A DNA stretch of 27,460 nucleotides from a virus (Duplodnaviria > Caudoviricetes): positions 1-27,460 of IMG/VR virus record IMGVR_UViG_3300028767_000080; one strand, written 5' to 3'. A model generated the notes under the pieces. The model had not been told where the DNA came from, did not search any database, and saw only the letters and a program-made list of their open reading frames with translations. The translations under genes were made by a program, and so were the position numbers. Positions 15,360 through 24,721 of this stretch are shown here, in pieces; the stretch's first letter is position 1; the number at the start of each line of letters is the position of its first letter.

Positions 15360-16034
15360 ATGAAAATAGGAACTAAATCAGTGTTATACGGAGCTCATTG
15401 CTTTTTTATCCATCCAATCTTTGTAATGGTAGCTTGGTGGAAGTTGTACGGTTTTCCAAATAATATTCAATATTGGATTGCATTTTTTGTACACGATCTT
15501 GGATATTGGGGAAAACCTAATATGGACGGCCCCGAAGGAGAAACACATGTTGAACTTGGAGCGAATATTATGGGTTGGTTATTTGATTTCCATATTGGAA
15601 CGTTACGTGGAGAATTCTATAAATTAACTCACGGCCAAATATGGATGGCTTGTTATGAATGGGTATATGTAGAAAAATACTCATGGAAATGGGCTGAATT
15701 TTCAAAATACCATTCAAGATTTTATGCCAAAAAAGATAAAGCACAATATTCAAAACTTTGCGTGGCTGATAAATTAGCTATCTGTATTGAACCAATGTGG
15801 TTGTATTTATTTAGAGTTAATTTGACAGGGGAAGTGAATGAATACATGGCTAAAGCTGCCGACAAAGAAGGTAAAAATGCTTCAATGAAATTAACAACGG
15901 TAAATCAAAAAGAATGGTTTAAAAGCATGGGGGCTTATCTGCGTGAATGGGTTGAAACTCATAAAGATTTGAAACCAGATACGTGGACACCAGAGTACAA
16001 AGAATCTATTAATGATCAAGGGGTATGGAAATAA
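15360..16034 (+). CDS. HD-domain-like phosphohydrolase
   Basis: H...VHDLG...H...YHSR...ADKL pattern. Confidence 0.6.
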   Translation: MKIGTKSVLYGAHCFFIHPIFVMVAWWKLYGFPNNIQYWIAFFVHDLGYWGKPNMDGPEGETHVELGANIMGWLFDFHIGTLRGEFYKLTHGQIWMACYEWVYVEKYSWKWAEFSKYHSRFYAKKDKAQYSKLCVADKLAICIEPMWLYLFRVNLTGEVNEYMAKAADKEGKNASMKLTTVNQKEWFKSMGAYLREWVETHKDLKPDTWTPEYKESINDQGVWK

Positions 16035-18481
16035 ACCCAAAGACAAGTGAAGCTTATGACCTTATGCATCAAGGTATATTAGCACTGGCAAAGGCGGAAA
16101 GGCAGGGATTTCGGATTGATGTTGAATATTTGGAAAACAAAAAATCCCACCTAACACGCAAAATATCCCGGCTGGAAAGTCAATTTGAAAATAGTACTTT
16201 TTACAAGAAATGGCAGCGTCAGAGTACCACTAAAATCAACCCCGGGTCAGGGGATCAGCTTGGAAAGTATCTTTACACCACTTTGGGACTAAAGCCACAG
16301 AAACTAACAAAAACTGGTAAAGGTTCAACGGATGAAGAAGCCTTGGGACTTTTGAATTTACCGGAACTGAATGCCATATTAGAAGTAAAGAAACTGAAGA
16401 AAATCCGGGATACTTATTTGGATGGTTTTCTGAGGGAGCAAATCAATGGACAGATTCATCCTTTCTATAACCTGAATACAACGGTAACATACCGTTCATG
16501 TATTGCTAAAGGAACGAAAATATTGGCTGTTAGAGATTTTTACAGGTATCCGAATGGAGTTCCTATTGAAAAGATCAAGGAAGGGGATTTTGTTTATTGT
16601 TTTGATGATAATTTAAACCCTGCTATTCAAAAAGTACTTTGGTCTGGAAAAACCGGACATAAAGAAGTTATCAGGATTCATTATTCAGCGAAAGGTGGGG
16701 GAGGAAAAGGATTTTTGGACGTTACCCCTGAGCATCTTATACGCGTAATTAATGGGGAATACGTTGAAGCCCAGAATTTAGTTGGGGATTTTAGAAAGCC
16801 TGAAGAAAGTAAAAGACTTGGAAAAATAAGAACTTTGTCTTGTAAACGGGTTGATGTTAATTTAAATTTTACCGGTCATGTAAAAGGGGGTAAAGGTGTT
16901 CTTGAACATCGTTTGGTCTATTCCCAGTTAATTGGGGATTTAAAGCCTGCGGAAGTTGTTCATCATAAGGATGAGGATCATTTCAATCATACACCATCTA
17001 ATTTAAGAAAAATGACTTTAAAACGTCATTCATATCTCCATTCTTTAAAAGTATCTGATGAAATAAAACAAAATAGGATTAAGACGTTGAAAGAAAATCG
17101 ACATTTGATTACCTATACTTCAGGAGCTGAAAATCCTTTGAGTATGAACTTGACAAAATTTCAATGTTACCGATTATTGGCACAAAATTCAGGAAAGTTA
17201 AAAGGGATTAATTTTGATTTTGGTACAATTAAAAAGTATTTAGAAATAAATGGAATAGACCCTTTTAAAGTTCGATTGCGTTTTGATAAACATGGGGAAT
17301 ATATTTGGAAATCTAATTTAGAAAAAATATCTATTTTAGGTCGTTCTGAGGTTTCTAAATTATTAGGGCATAATCATTATCGTTTGTTAGAATTATATTC
17401 GATTTATGGGATTGATGAAAAGCGTAAATGGGGAAATCAATTTGGTGCATTTAAACCCGGAAATCACCAAATCACAAAGATTGAATGGGTAAACAAAAAG
17501 GTAGATGTTTATGATATTGAAGTAGAAAAATACCATAATTTCTTTGCTAATGAAATTTGTGTACACAATTCATCAAATAACCCGAATTTCCAAAACCTTC
17601 CTGCCCGAGATGAGGAGTCAATGAGGATGGTTAAAGATGCTATCTTTCCACGTTTAGGGCATCAATTGTTGGAAGTGGATTTCAAGGGTATAGAGGTTGC
17701 TGTGAATGCCTGTATAAATAAAGACCCGGTATTGATACATGACATCCTTCACGGAGATATGCACGGGGATATGGCTAAACAGATTTTCAAAGTACCTAAT
17801 TTTGATAAAAATACACCAACTCATAATACCCTACGTTCAGCAGCAAAGAATGGGTTTGTATTTCCTGAGTTTTATGGGGATTATTTCAAAAGCTGTTCTG
17901 AAAACCTTGCTACACGCTGGGGAAAGCTCCCCCAAACTAAATGGTCAATGGGGCAGGGGATAGCTTTTGAGAAAACATTTTTATCAAACCATTTAATCAG
18001 CCAAGGAATAACATCATTTTCCTCCTTCACAAAGCATATTGAAAATATTGAAAATGAGTTCTGGCATGAACGTTTTATGGTGTATGGTAAATGGAAGGAT
18101 ACTTGGTTCAGGAAGTACCAAAAGAACGGATTCATTGACCTACCCACAGGCTTCCGGTGTAGTGGGGTTATGAACAAGAAACAGGTTTGTAACTACCCGG
18201 GGCAGAATGGGGGTTTTATGTGCCTGTTGTGGTCTTTGATTGAGGTGACTGATATTCTTGAACAAGAACAAAGGGATACCAAAGTGGTGGGGCAAATCCA
18301 TGATAGTTTGATACTTGATGTACATCCTGATGAATTATCTCATATCCTTGAAGTAGTGAAATACGTTACCTGTACAGCCCTTCAAAAACACTTTGATTGG
18401 ATAATTTTACCCATGGAAGTGGATGCTTCCATCTCAGGTATAGACCAATCTTGGGCAACCAAGGAAAAGTGTAAAATATAA
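16025..18481 (+). CDS. polA: Family A DNA polymerase, polymerase domain only, intein-containing (461 aa after splicing)
   Basis: STDEEAL, TYRS/SSNNPNFQN, motif A EVDFKGIE, motif B RSAAKNGFVFPEFYG, motif C QIHDS. Confidence 0.93.
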   Translation: MEINPKTSEAYDLMHQGILALAKAERQGFRIDVEYLENKKSHLTRKISRLESQFENSTFYKKWQRQSTTKINPGSGDQLGKYLYTTLGLKPQKLTKTGKGSTDEEALGLLNLPELNAILEVKKLKKIRDTYLDGFLREQINGQIHPFYNLNTTVTYRSCIAKGTKILAVRDFYRYPNGVPIEKIKEGDFVYCFDDNLNPAIQKVLWSGKTGHKEVIRIHYSAKGGGGKGFLDVTPEHLIRVINGEYVEAQNLVGDFRKPEESKRLGKIRTLSCKRVDVNLNFTGHVKGGKGVLEHRLVYSQLIGDLKPAEVVHHKDEDHFNHTPSNLRKMTLKRHSYLHSLKVSDEIKQNRIKTLKENRHLITYTSGAENPLSMNLTKFQCYRLLAQNSGKLKGINFDFGTIKKYLEINGIDPFKVRLRFDKHGEYIWKSNLEKISILGRSEVSKLLGHNHYRLLELYSIYGIDEKRKWGNQFGAFKPGNHQITKIEWVNKKVDVYDIEVEKYHNFFANEICVHNSSNNPNFQNLPARDEESMRMVKDAIFPRLGHQLLEVDFKGIEVAVNACINKDPVLIHDILHGDMHGDMAKQIFKVPNFDKNTPTHNTLRSAAKNGFVFPEFYGDYFKSCSENLATRWGKLPQTKWSMGQGIAFEKTFLSNHLISQGITSFSSFTKHIENIENEFWHERFMVYGKWKDTWFRKYQKNGFIDLPTGFRCSGVMNKKQVCNYPGQNGGFMCLLWSLIEVTDILEQEQRDTKVVGQIHDSLILDVHPDELSHILEVVKYVTCTALQKHFDWIILPMEVDASISGIDQSWATKEKCKI
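16499..17569 (+). mobile_element. Intein (357 aa) with HNH homing endonuclease
   Basis: CIAKG start, VTPEH, EHRLV...VVHHKDEDHFNHTPSNL HNH, VYDIEV...NFFANEICVHN/S end. Confidence 0.93.
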
Positions 18482-18488
18482 AAATTTA

Positions 18489-18498
18489 TTGTATAATA
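18489..18498 (+). promoter_or_regulatory. Putative phage promoter TTGTATAATA (copy 2)
   Basis: In the short gap 15 nt before the clamp loader ATG. Confidence 0.6.
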
Positions 18499-18513
18499 TA
18501 TAAAACAGATAAA

Positions 18514-19428
18514 ATGACACTATACATCAAACATCGCCCCACCGATTTAATTGGGGTGAAAGGTAATGAGGATGTTGTGGAAGCTTTGAAAAACATGCTT
18601 CTAAATAAAGAATCCTGCCCCCACTCCTTCCTCCTTTCTGGGCCAACAGGCTGCGGCAAGACAACCCTTGCCCGCATTATTGCCGCTGAATTAGGTTGTT
18701 TTGGTTCAGATTATAAGGAAATTGATTCAGCTGATTTTAGGGGTATAGATACCATTCGTGAAATTGGTAAACAATGTATGTATAAGCCGTTGGAAAGCTC
18801 CTGCCGGGTATTTGTTATTGATGAGTGTCATAAGATGACTAATGATGCTCAAAATGCCTTTTTAAAGAGGTTGGAGGATACCCCCAAACACGTTTATTTT
18901 ATCCTTTGTACAACTGACCCAAGTAAGTTGATTCCAACTATCCGGGGAAGGTGTTCTCAGTTCCAAGTTAAGCCTTTGTCTGAAAAAGTATTGTTAAGGC
19001 TTTTGAAACAGATCGTAACGGAGGAAAAAGAAACGCTGGAACAAGAGGTTTATGCCATCATTATTCAAGACAGTTTGGGACACCCACGCAACGCTCTGAC
19101 TATATTAGATCAGGTTTTACAAGTTCCTGCCGTAAAACGATTGAAAATGGCTAAACAGGGGTTGCTAGAACAATCCCAAAGTATTGATCTTTGTAGAGCC
19201 TTGATGAAAAAGGGAACGGGTTGGAAAGAAATTGCCTCAATATTATCCGGTATAAAAGACCAAGACCCGGAAGGAATAAGAAGGCAAGTGATGGGATATG
19301 CTGTATCAGTACTCCTGAAAGCAGATGATCCAAAAGCTGGTCTGATATTAGAATCATTCATGGAACCTACTTACAACAGCGGGTTTCCTCAAATTGTTTT
19401 GGCTGCATACACAGTAATTAAATCATAA
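18514..19428 (+). CDS. dnaX: Clamp loader ATPase (DnaX gamma/tau-like)
   Basis: LYIKHRP, GPTGCGKTT, VIDECH, AQNAFLK.LE, TIRGRC. Confidence 0.9.
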   Translation: MTLYIKHRPTDLIGVKGNEDVVEALKNMLLNKESCPHSFLLSGPTGCGKTTLARIIAAELGCFGSDYKEIDSADFRGIDTIREIGKQCMYKPLESSCRVFVIDECHKMTNDAQNAFLKRLEDTPKHVYFILCTTDPSKLIPTIRGRCSQFQVKPLSEKVLLRLLKQIVTEEKETLEQEVYAIIIQDSLGHPRNALTILDQVLQVPAVKRLKMAKQGLLEQSQSIDLCRALMKKGTGWKEIASILSGIKDQDPEGIRRQVMGYAVSVLLKADDPKAGLILESFMEPTYNSGFPQIVLAAYTVIKS

Positions 19429-19432
19429 TATC

Positions 19433-19885
19433 ATGAAAAAAGAAACATTGGAACTTGGAATAAAGATTTTCAAGTTAAGTGAAAAACTAAAATGTAGAAT
19501 TGATAAATTTCAATTCACCCGCAATTCAGTAGGCCCAATTTATGAATACCGATTTATTCCTGCTATTTATTTAAACCACCAGAAAATAGCAAATAAAGCT
19601 ATCCAAATTCAATTAATTGGCGTGGTTAATTCCCTTGATGTACTTTTGGAAAATTTGTCTGATACCAGTTATGAAATTTCATTGAAAACTTTTGAAAACA
19701 TTACGGAAGAACCTGAGGAAGTTGAAAACATTATCCCTGATCCTTTCAATGTAAAGAAAGTAAAAGAAGAAACCCCATTACCTGCTAAAAAAGATAAATG
19801 CCCACATGGACATGTATTTGGAAAAGATTGTGATGAATATAAAGAATGTGGTAAATGTCCTTTATGGGAAGACTGCAGCGATTAA
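19433..19885 (+). CDS. Hypothetical protein with a C-terminal Cys-rich motif shared with the SSB
   Basis: KDKCPHGHVFGKDCDEYKECGKCPLWEDC. Confidence 0.7.
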   Translation: MKKETLELGIKIFKLSEKLKCRIDKFQFTRNSVGPIYEYRFIPAIYLNHQKIANKAIQIQLIGVVNSLDVLLENLSDTSYEISLKTFENITEEPEEVENIIPDPFNVKKVKEETPLPAKKDKCPHGHVFGKDCDEYKECGKCPLWEDCSD

Positions 19886-19923
19886 AAAGATGAGATTTTA
19901 AAAAAGGTAAAAAATAAAAAACA

Positions 19924-20403
19924 ATGAATTACGAAAAAGACATACAAATTAATGATCAGGCCTTGGATATAGAGTGGCTTGAACAACCGTCAAAAATGAT
20001 GCGTTATACCCGGCATTCGACTGACATGAATAGAGCTTTAGATCAGGCAAAACAGGATTTGGATATTGCCAATGCAGAGGTTGATCACAAAATAAGAAAA
20101 AACCCTGATAAGTTTCTTGTGGAGGGAAAGATAACAGTCGACTCAGTAAAAGCTGCTATATTAGTTCATCCAGACTATCAGAAAGCATATACCAAATTTC
20201 TTGAAGCCAAGTATGAATATGATATGGCTCAGGGAGCTGTACGTGCTTTTGAACAAAGAAAATCAGCTCTTGAAAACTTGGTTAAATTATATCAATCCAA
20301 CTATTTTGCTGGCCCTTCTATCCCCCGGGATTTGAAATGGGAAAGGGAGGAAAAGCAAAAAATGATGGATGATCGTATAGCAAAACGATTAACAAGGAAA
20401 TAA
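19924..20403 (+). CDS. UvsY-like helical recombination mediator
   Basis: 159-aa helical protein (KITVDSVKAAI...AFEQRKSALENL) located between the clamp loader and SSB/RecA. Confidence 0.6.
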   Translation: MNYEKDIQINDQALDIEWLEQPSKMMRYTRHSTDMNRALDQAKQDLDIANAEVDHKIRKNPDKFLVEGKITVDSVKAAILVHPDYQKAYTKFLEAKYEYDMAQGAVRAFEQRKSALENLVKLYQSNYFAGPSIPRDLKWEREEKQKMMDDRIAKRLTRK

Positions 20404-20570
20404 CCATCATTGTATTTAATGTTGTTTTTATTCGATTTAAAGCATTTATGTTGAAAGTGGTATAAGTATATCAATTGAAAAAGATAATGTTATTGGGTAT
20501 AAATCAAGTAGTTATAAATCAATAAATTTTTACAATAAAATTACTTTTGTTTAATTAAATACTCATTATT

Positions 20571-22037
20571 ATGGCAAAGAAAGAAAAGAAAAAAAGCATT
20601 TTTGCAGGTCAGGTTGTGGACAACGTAAGGGATAACAAACGCTCAAATGAACGTTCCTATGGATACCTGAAACTGCCCAAAGGAGTAAAAATTTGGAGCC
20701 CAGAAGTGGCTTCTGAAGTTGGAAAAGGTATCACTGCAACCTTTGATATCATCCCCTACAAAGTCGCTACTGCTAAACATCCTGACTTGAAAAAGGAAAC
20801 CGGAAGAGCCGAAAAAGGTTCACTGTGGTACAAAAGACCTTTCAAAGTTCACCGCAATGTTGGCCCAGATAACGACACCGTGGTATGTCTTACCTCCTTT
20901 GGGGAAAAGTGTCCCATCTGCGAATATGCTACCAAACGCTGGAAAGAAGGAGCTGAAAAAGAGGAAACAAAAGACCTATGGGCAAAAGACCGGGAAATGT
21001 TCGCCATTGTTCCCAAGGGGGATAAAAAGCATGAAGAAGAGGTTCATGTGTTTGATATCAGTCACTACAACTTCCAAGAATCCTTAATGGAGGAAATTGA
21101 TGAGCATGAAGAGTTTGAAATCTTTCCTGACTTGGAAGAAGGGCTGACCCTGAAAGTACGTTTTGCCGCTGCCTCTATGGGAGGTAAAAGCAAGCCGTAT
21201 GCTAAAGCCAGTAGGATTGATTTTGTGGAACGGGATGAAGCTTATGATGAATCAATACTGGAAAGTGTACCAGATTTGGATTCACTTCTTGTCAAAATGT
21301 CTTACGATGAAATGAGTGCTAAATTCTTTGATGTAGCCACTGAAGAGGAGGAAGAAGAGGAAGAAGCCCCGAAAGGAAAGAAAGAGGAAAAACCAGCCTT
21401 GAATCGTCAAAAAAAGATAGCTGAACCTGATCCAGAACCTGAGGAGGAAGAAGAGGATGAAGAAACATTGGCAGATCAGATTGATGCTTGTAAAAGTCTT
21501 GGGGCACTTCTCACTATTGCTACCAATAACAAGGAGTTCAAAAAATCCCTGAAAAGTTTTGCTACAATTAAAAAGGTATCTGAATTGAAAGCTGCTATGA
21601 TGGAAATCATTGAGCCTGAAGAGGAGGAAGAAGAAGAACCGGAAGAGGAAGAAGAAAGCTTGGTGGATCAAATCAATGCTGCCAAGAAGGTTTCTGAATT
21701 GATGGAGATTGCTGAAAATAATGAGCCGTTGAATGATAAAAAGACCTTGAAAAAATTAGGGGCTTTTGTTAAGGTATCAGGATTAAAAGCAGCCATGTTG
21801 GAATTGTTGGAACCTGAGGAGGAAGAAGAGGAAGAAGAGGATGAACCTGAACCCCCAAAGAAAACCCCTGCTAAAAAACCAGAAGCCCCGAAAACAACCG
21901 GAAAAGATAAATGCCCTTTCAAACATGGTTGGGGTATAGGAACTGAGGATCATAAAGAATGCGACAAATGTGATATTTGGGACAGCTGTATTGACGAAAA
22001 GGAAAGACTTGCAAAATTAAACAAAGGTAAAAAGTAA
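20571..22037 (+). CDS. gp32-like single-stranded DNA-binding protein with an extended modular acidic tail
   Basis: FDIIPY, VHRNVG...VCL...CPICE Zn motif, very acidic tail, two helical repeats and a terminal Cys motif. Confidence 0.75.
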   Translation: MAKKEKKKSIFAGQVVDNVRDNKRSNERSYGYLKLPKGVKIWSPEVASEVGKGITATFDIIPYKVATAKHPDLKKETGRAEKGSLWYKRPFKVHRNVGPDNDTVVCLTSFGEKCPICEYATKRWKEGAEKEETKDLWAKDREMFAIVPKGDKKHEEEVHVFDISHYNFQESLMEEIDEHEEFEIFPDLEEGLTLKVRFAAASMGGKSKPYAKASRIDFVERDEAYDESILESVPDLDSLLVKMSYDEMSAKFFDVATEEEEEEEEAPKGKKEEKPALNRQKKIAEPDPEPEEEEEDEETLADQIDACKSLGALLTIATNNKEFKKSLKSFATIKKVSELKAAMMEIIEPEEEEEEEPEEEEESLVDQINAAKKVSELMEIAENNEPLNDKKTLKKLGAFVKVSGLKAAMLELLEPEEEEEEEEDEPEPPKKTPAKKPEAPKTTGKDKCPFKHGWGIGTEDHKECDKCDIWDSCIDEKERLAKLNKGKK

Positions 22038-22043
22038 ACATTT

Positions 22044-22415
22044 ATGGCTGATCTTATCCTCAAAACAAGGAATAAGCCCGGGCTGAAAAATCAGAGTTTC
22101 ATTGGGGCGAATATCCCCAATGAGCTCTATTTTAAAGTCCTGTTGTATATTACAGCAAATGGGACAACAAAAAATACTTTCATTAAAGAAGTTCTTCAAT
22201 CAACTTTCAATTCTGAATCTACCGGGTTATCAACCAAAGTTTTAATGGATAAATTGATTTGCCGTATACACAATTCATATAAGAGTAAAAAGCAAATAAA
22301 TCCTGAACTAACCAAGGAACGGTTTGTTGAACTTTTATCATTAGAATTGAACCTTAAAGGCTTTGAACAGGATTCAATCAAACTAATAATAGACAGATTT
22401 TATGGAAAGGAATAA
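22044..22415 (+). CDS. Hypothetical protein, possible ribbon-helix-helix DNA-binding N-terminus
   Basis: FIGANIPNELYFKV...TKNTFIKEVL strand-helix-helix pattern. Confidence 0.6.
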   Translation: MADLILKTRNKPGLKNQSFIGANIPNELYFKVLLYITANGTTKNTFIKEVLQSTFNSESTGLSTKVLMDKLICRIHNSYKSKKQINPELTKERFVELLSLELNLKGFEQDSIKLIIDRFYGKE

Positions 22416-23454
22416 ACCACAAGCCCTAAGCACCCAAATGAAAAGAAACTCCACCAAAAGTAAAGAGGAAAAAGGAAAAGCTGAATATGAAGGTAATACT
22501 GAGGTGATGATAAGTTCCGGTTCAACCCTCTTGAATTTAGCTATAAGTGGAGGAAGGAAAAGGGGTGGGGGTTTTATTGGAGGTACTATGGTAGTGGCTT
22601 ATGGCCCATCAGGAAGTGGTAAAACTGTGCTTGCCTGTGAGGTTGCGGGATATGTGCAAAGACAAGGGGGTGCTGTTAATTATAAAGACTCAGAAGCCAG
22701 ATTGGATCGTAAATTCAGTGAACTGTTTGATCTGGATTATGATAAGATTAACTATGAAAAACCTAATACCATCCCAGAAGCTTTTCAACCATTATACAAA
22801 TGGAAAGTCGACCCGAAAAAAATCAATGGTTATATTATTGACTCCTTGGCTGCTTTATCTACTGACATTGAAATGGATAATGATGATGGAGATAAGATGG
22901 GGATGCGAAGGGCTAAAGAATTTTCAGAACATTTACGCAAAGGTGCCCGAATAGTTACCAATAACAATATCCTTCTGTTTTGTACCAATCAAATCCGGGA
23001 AAAAGCCGATGCTCAAAAGTTTGAACGCAAGGATATCAACCCCGGGGGAAAAGCCATTGAATTTTATTCCAGCCTGATACTTCGTTTTTCAAATTACAAA
23101 AAAATTACAAAAATTGTTAAGGTATCCGGCAAAGAAGTTAAAAGGGTTGTGGGTATAGAGGTTGAAATTGAAGTGGTAAAAAGCTCTATATGGAAGCCCC
23201 ACCATACTGCCCCTGTTATTATTTATTATGATTATGGAATTGATGATGTGAGGGCAAATCTTCAGTATATAAAGGATTTCAGCAACAGTTCTGTCTACAC
23301 CATAGGAGGACAGCCATTGAATATTAGCCTTGATAAATCGGTACGGTTAATTGAAGTATCCGAAAGGGAGCAGGAATTGAGGGACGAAGTGATTGATTTG
23401 TGGGAAACGATTGAAAGTAAATTTGAGCAGCAAAGAAAACAAAAACAACGGTAA
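22402..23454 (+). CDS. recA: RecA/UvsX-like recombinase
   Basis: SSGSTLLNLAISGG, GPSGSGKT, IIDSLAAL, NQIR, PGGKAIEFYSS. Confidence 0.93.
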   Translation: MERNKPQALSTQMKRNSTKSKEEKGKAEYEGNTEVMISSGSTLLNLAISGGRKRGGGFIGGTMVVAYGPSGSGKTVLACEVAGYVQRQGGAVNYKDSEARLDRKFSELFDLDYDKINYEKPNTIPEAFQPLYKWKVDPKKINGYIIDSLAALSTDIEMDNDDGDKMGMRRAKEFSEHLRKGARIVTNNNILLFCTNQIREKADAQKFERKDINPGGKAIEFYSSLILRFSNYKKITKIVKVSGKEVKRVVGIEVEIEVVKSSIWKPHHTAPVIIYYDYGIDDVRANLQYIKDFSNSSVYTIGGQPLNISLDKSVRLIEVSEREQELRDEVIDLWETIESKFEQQRKQKQR

Positions 23455-23496
23455 AAAATATTTTTAAAGTTTTTTTAAAAAAGCATAGAAGTTATC

Positions 23497-23528
23497 AAAA
23501 CATTTCCTATCTTTGTAGTGTTGTTAAA
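23497..23528 (+). promoter_or_regulatory. Bacteroidota-type promoter (-7 box TATCTTTG), repeat copy 2
   Basis: Identical to 3045-3076; TAnnTTTG at 23508-23515; followed by aaacactacaaatcATG. Confidence 0.75.
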
Positions 23529-23555
23529 GTTTACAACATTAAAACACTACAAATC

Positions 23556-23759
23556 ATGGAACCAAAAATTCAAAAAGTAATTAATACCGTGGCTTTACAA
23601 GCTTCTTACCTTTACAAAACAAGGGAAAACTTATTGAGATTCAATAAAAGCCTGACCGAAAGCAGAACCTACCAGCACGAAAGATCAAAAATGATTGGCA
23701 TGCTGGATATATTGGACGCCCTTGAAATTGACCGTACCGAATACAACTGGATATTCTAA
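23556..23759 (+). CDS. Hypothetical (putative early) protein
   Basis: 67 aa behind the promoter and shared leader. Confidence 0.7.
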   Translation: MEPKIQKVINTVALQASYLYKTRENLLRFNKSLTESRTYQHERSKMIGMLDILDALEIDRTEYNWIF

Positions 23760-24103
23760 TGAAACATTTATTTTTTCTCATCTTCATAGCCTTGTTTATA
23801 AGCCCTGCTTTTTCAAGTGGGGCTTCTAACTATAACAAGCCATACTGGAAAGAAAAACATTCTTTCAGACCTGCCGCAAGTTTTGGGGAAAATACTACCA
23901 GAATTGGATTTGTGCTGCTTGCCGCAGCAGCTTCCGGGATAATAACCCATGATGATAAATTTAACACCACTTTAGCTTATATTAGTGGGGGATTTATTGT
24001 TGGGGGTGTAGTTATCCACTTAACACCTGAAAATACCAAGAAAAGGATCAAAACAGCTATTTTCGGTAACAGAAATCATTTTGGAATACGTTTTAAATTT
24101 TGA
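23759..24103 (+). CDS. Secreted or membrane protein
   Basis: Signal peptide MKHLFFLIFIALFISPAFS, two Gly/Ala-rich hydrophobic segments, C-terminal FGIRFKF. Confidence 0.7.
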   Translation: MKHLFFLIFIALFISPAFSSGASNYNKPYWKEKHSFRPAASFGENTTRIGFVLLAAAASGIITHDDKFNTTLAYISGGFIVGGVVIHLTPENTKKRIKTAIFGNRNHFGIRFKF

Positions 24104-24107
24104 TGAT

Positions 24108-24344
24108 ATGGAACGTTCCAAGCCCCAAAAAGGTTTATGGTGGGTAGGCTACAAGCAAGCCCATAACCTTCCTCAAATGCGATATGGCCCATGGGAAACA
24201 GCTGAGGAGATTTTGAAAGATCATTTTTTAAGGTTTTACCCCGGTGATTTTATTTATCTCAAATTAAAAAACACTATCACAATCATGTACCGCTTCCGGG
24301 ATAACAACCGATGGCAAAAACTTTTTAATCCTATTACCTTATGA
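24108..24344 (+). CDS. Hypothetical protein
   Basis: Start re-assigned to ATG 24108 (MERSKP); stop overlaps the next gene. Confidence 0.6.
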   Translation: MERSKPQKGLWWVGYKQAHNLPQMRYGPWETAEEILKDHFLRFYPGDFIYLKLKNTITIMYRFRDNNRWQKLFNPITL

Positions 24345-24718
24345 TACGCACAATTAAACCAAAAACAACACTGTCTTTGATTGAACAAGTCAAGGAAAGT
24401 ATAGAAACCCAAATGACACTAAACCCTCCAGTTATTCCAAACAAAACATTGTTAAAATGGGTAGAGGTTTATGCCAATAACTGCTTCGTAAAGATTGAGG
24501 AGGCTATGAGAAAAAGCCCTGAGTACAATAGCTGTGTTGATATTTATCATCAGAACTTTTCCCTGATTCTTTCCACAGTGAATCAATTTTTAGCCTTTCA
24601 TAATTGCTCAACCTCGCATACTTGGATGGATCGTGGGATGCAGGATGATTTATCAAGTATTGATTTACAACTTATCCCAAAACCATTATCTATTTTTAAC
24701 AGAAACAGAAAGAAATAA
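24341..24718 (+). CDS. Hypothetical protein
   Basis: 125 aa, ATGA-coupled within the operon. Confidence 0.65.
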   Translation: MIRTIKPKTTLSLIEQVKESIETQMTLNPPVIPNKTLLKWVEVYANNCFVKIEEAMRKSPEYNSCVDIYHQNFSLILSTVNQFLAFHNCSTSHTWMDRGMQDDLSSIDLQLIPKPLSIFNRNRKK

Positions 24719-24721
24719 CCA

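Noticed and set aside
21340-21845. GAA/GAG tracts as DNA tandem repeats
   Set aside because: Mixed Glu codons show protein-level low complexity, not a DNA repeat element.
3045-23528. CRISPR array or att sites from the 32-nt repeat
   Set aside because: Only two copies 20 kb apart, no spacers, cas genes or integrase; promoter content explains them.
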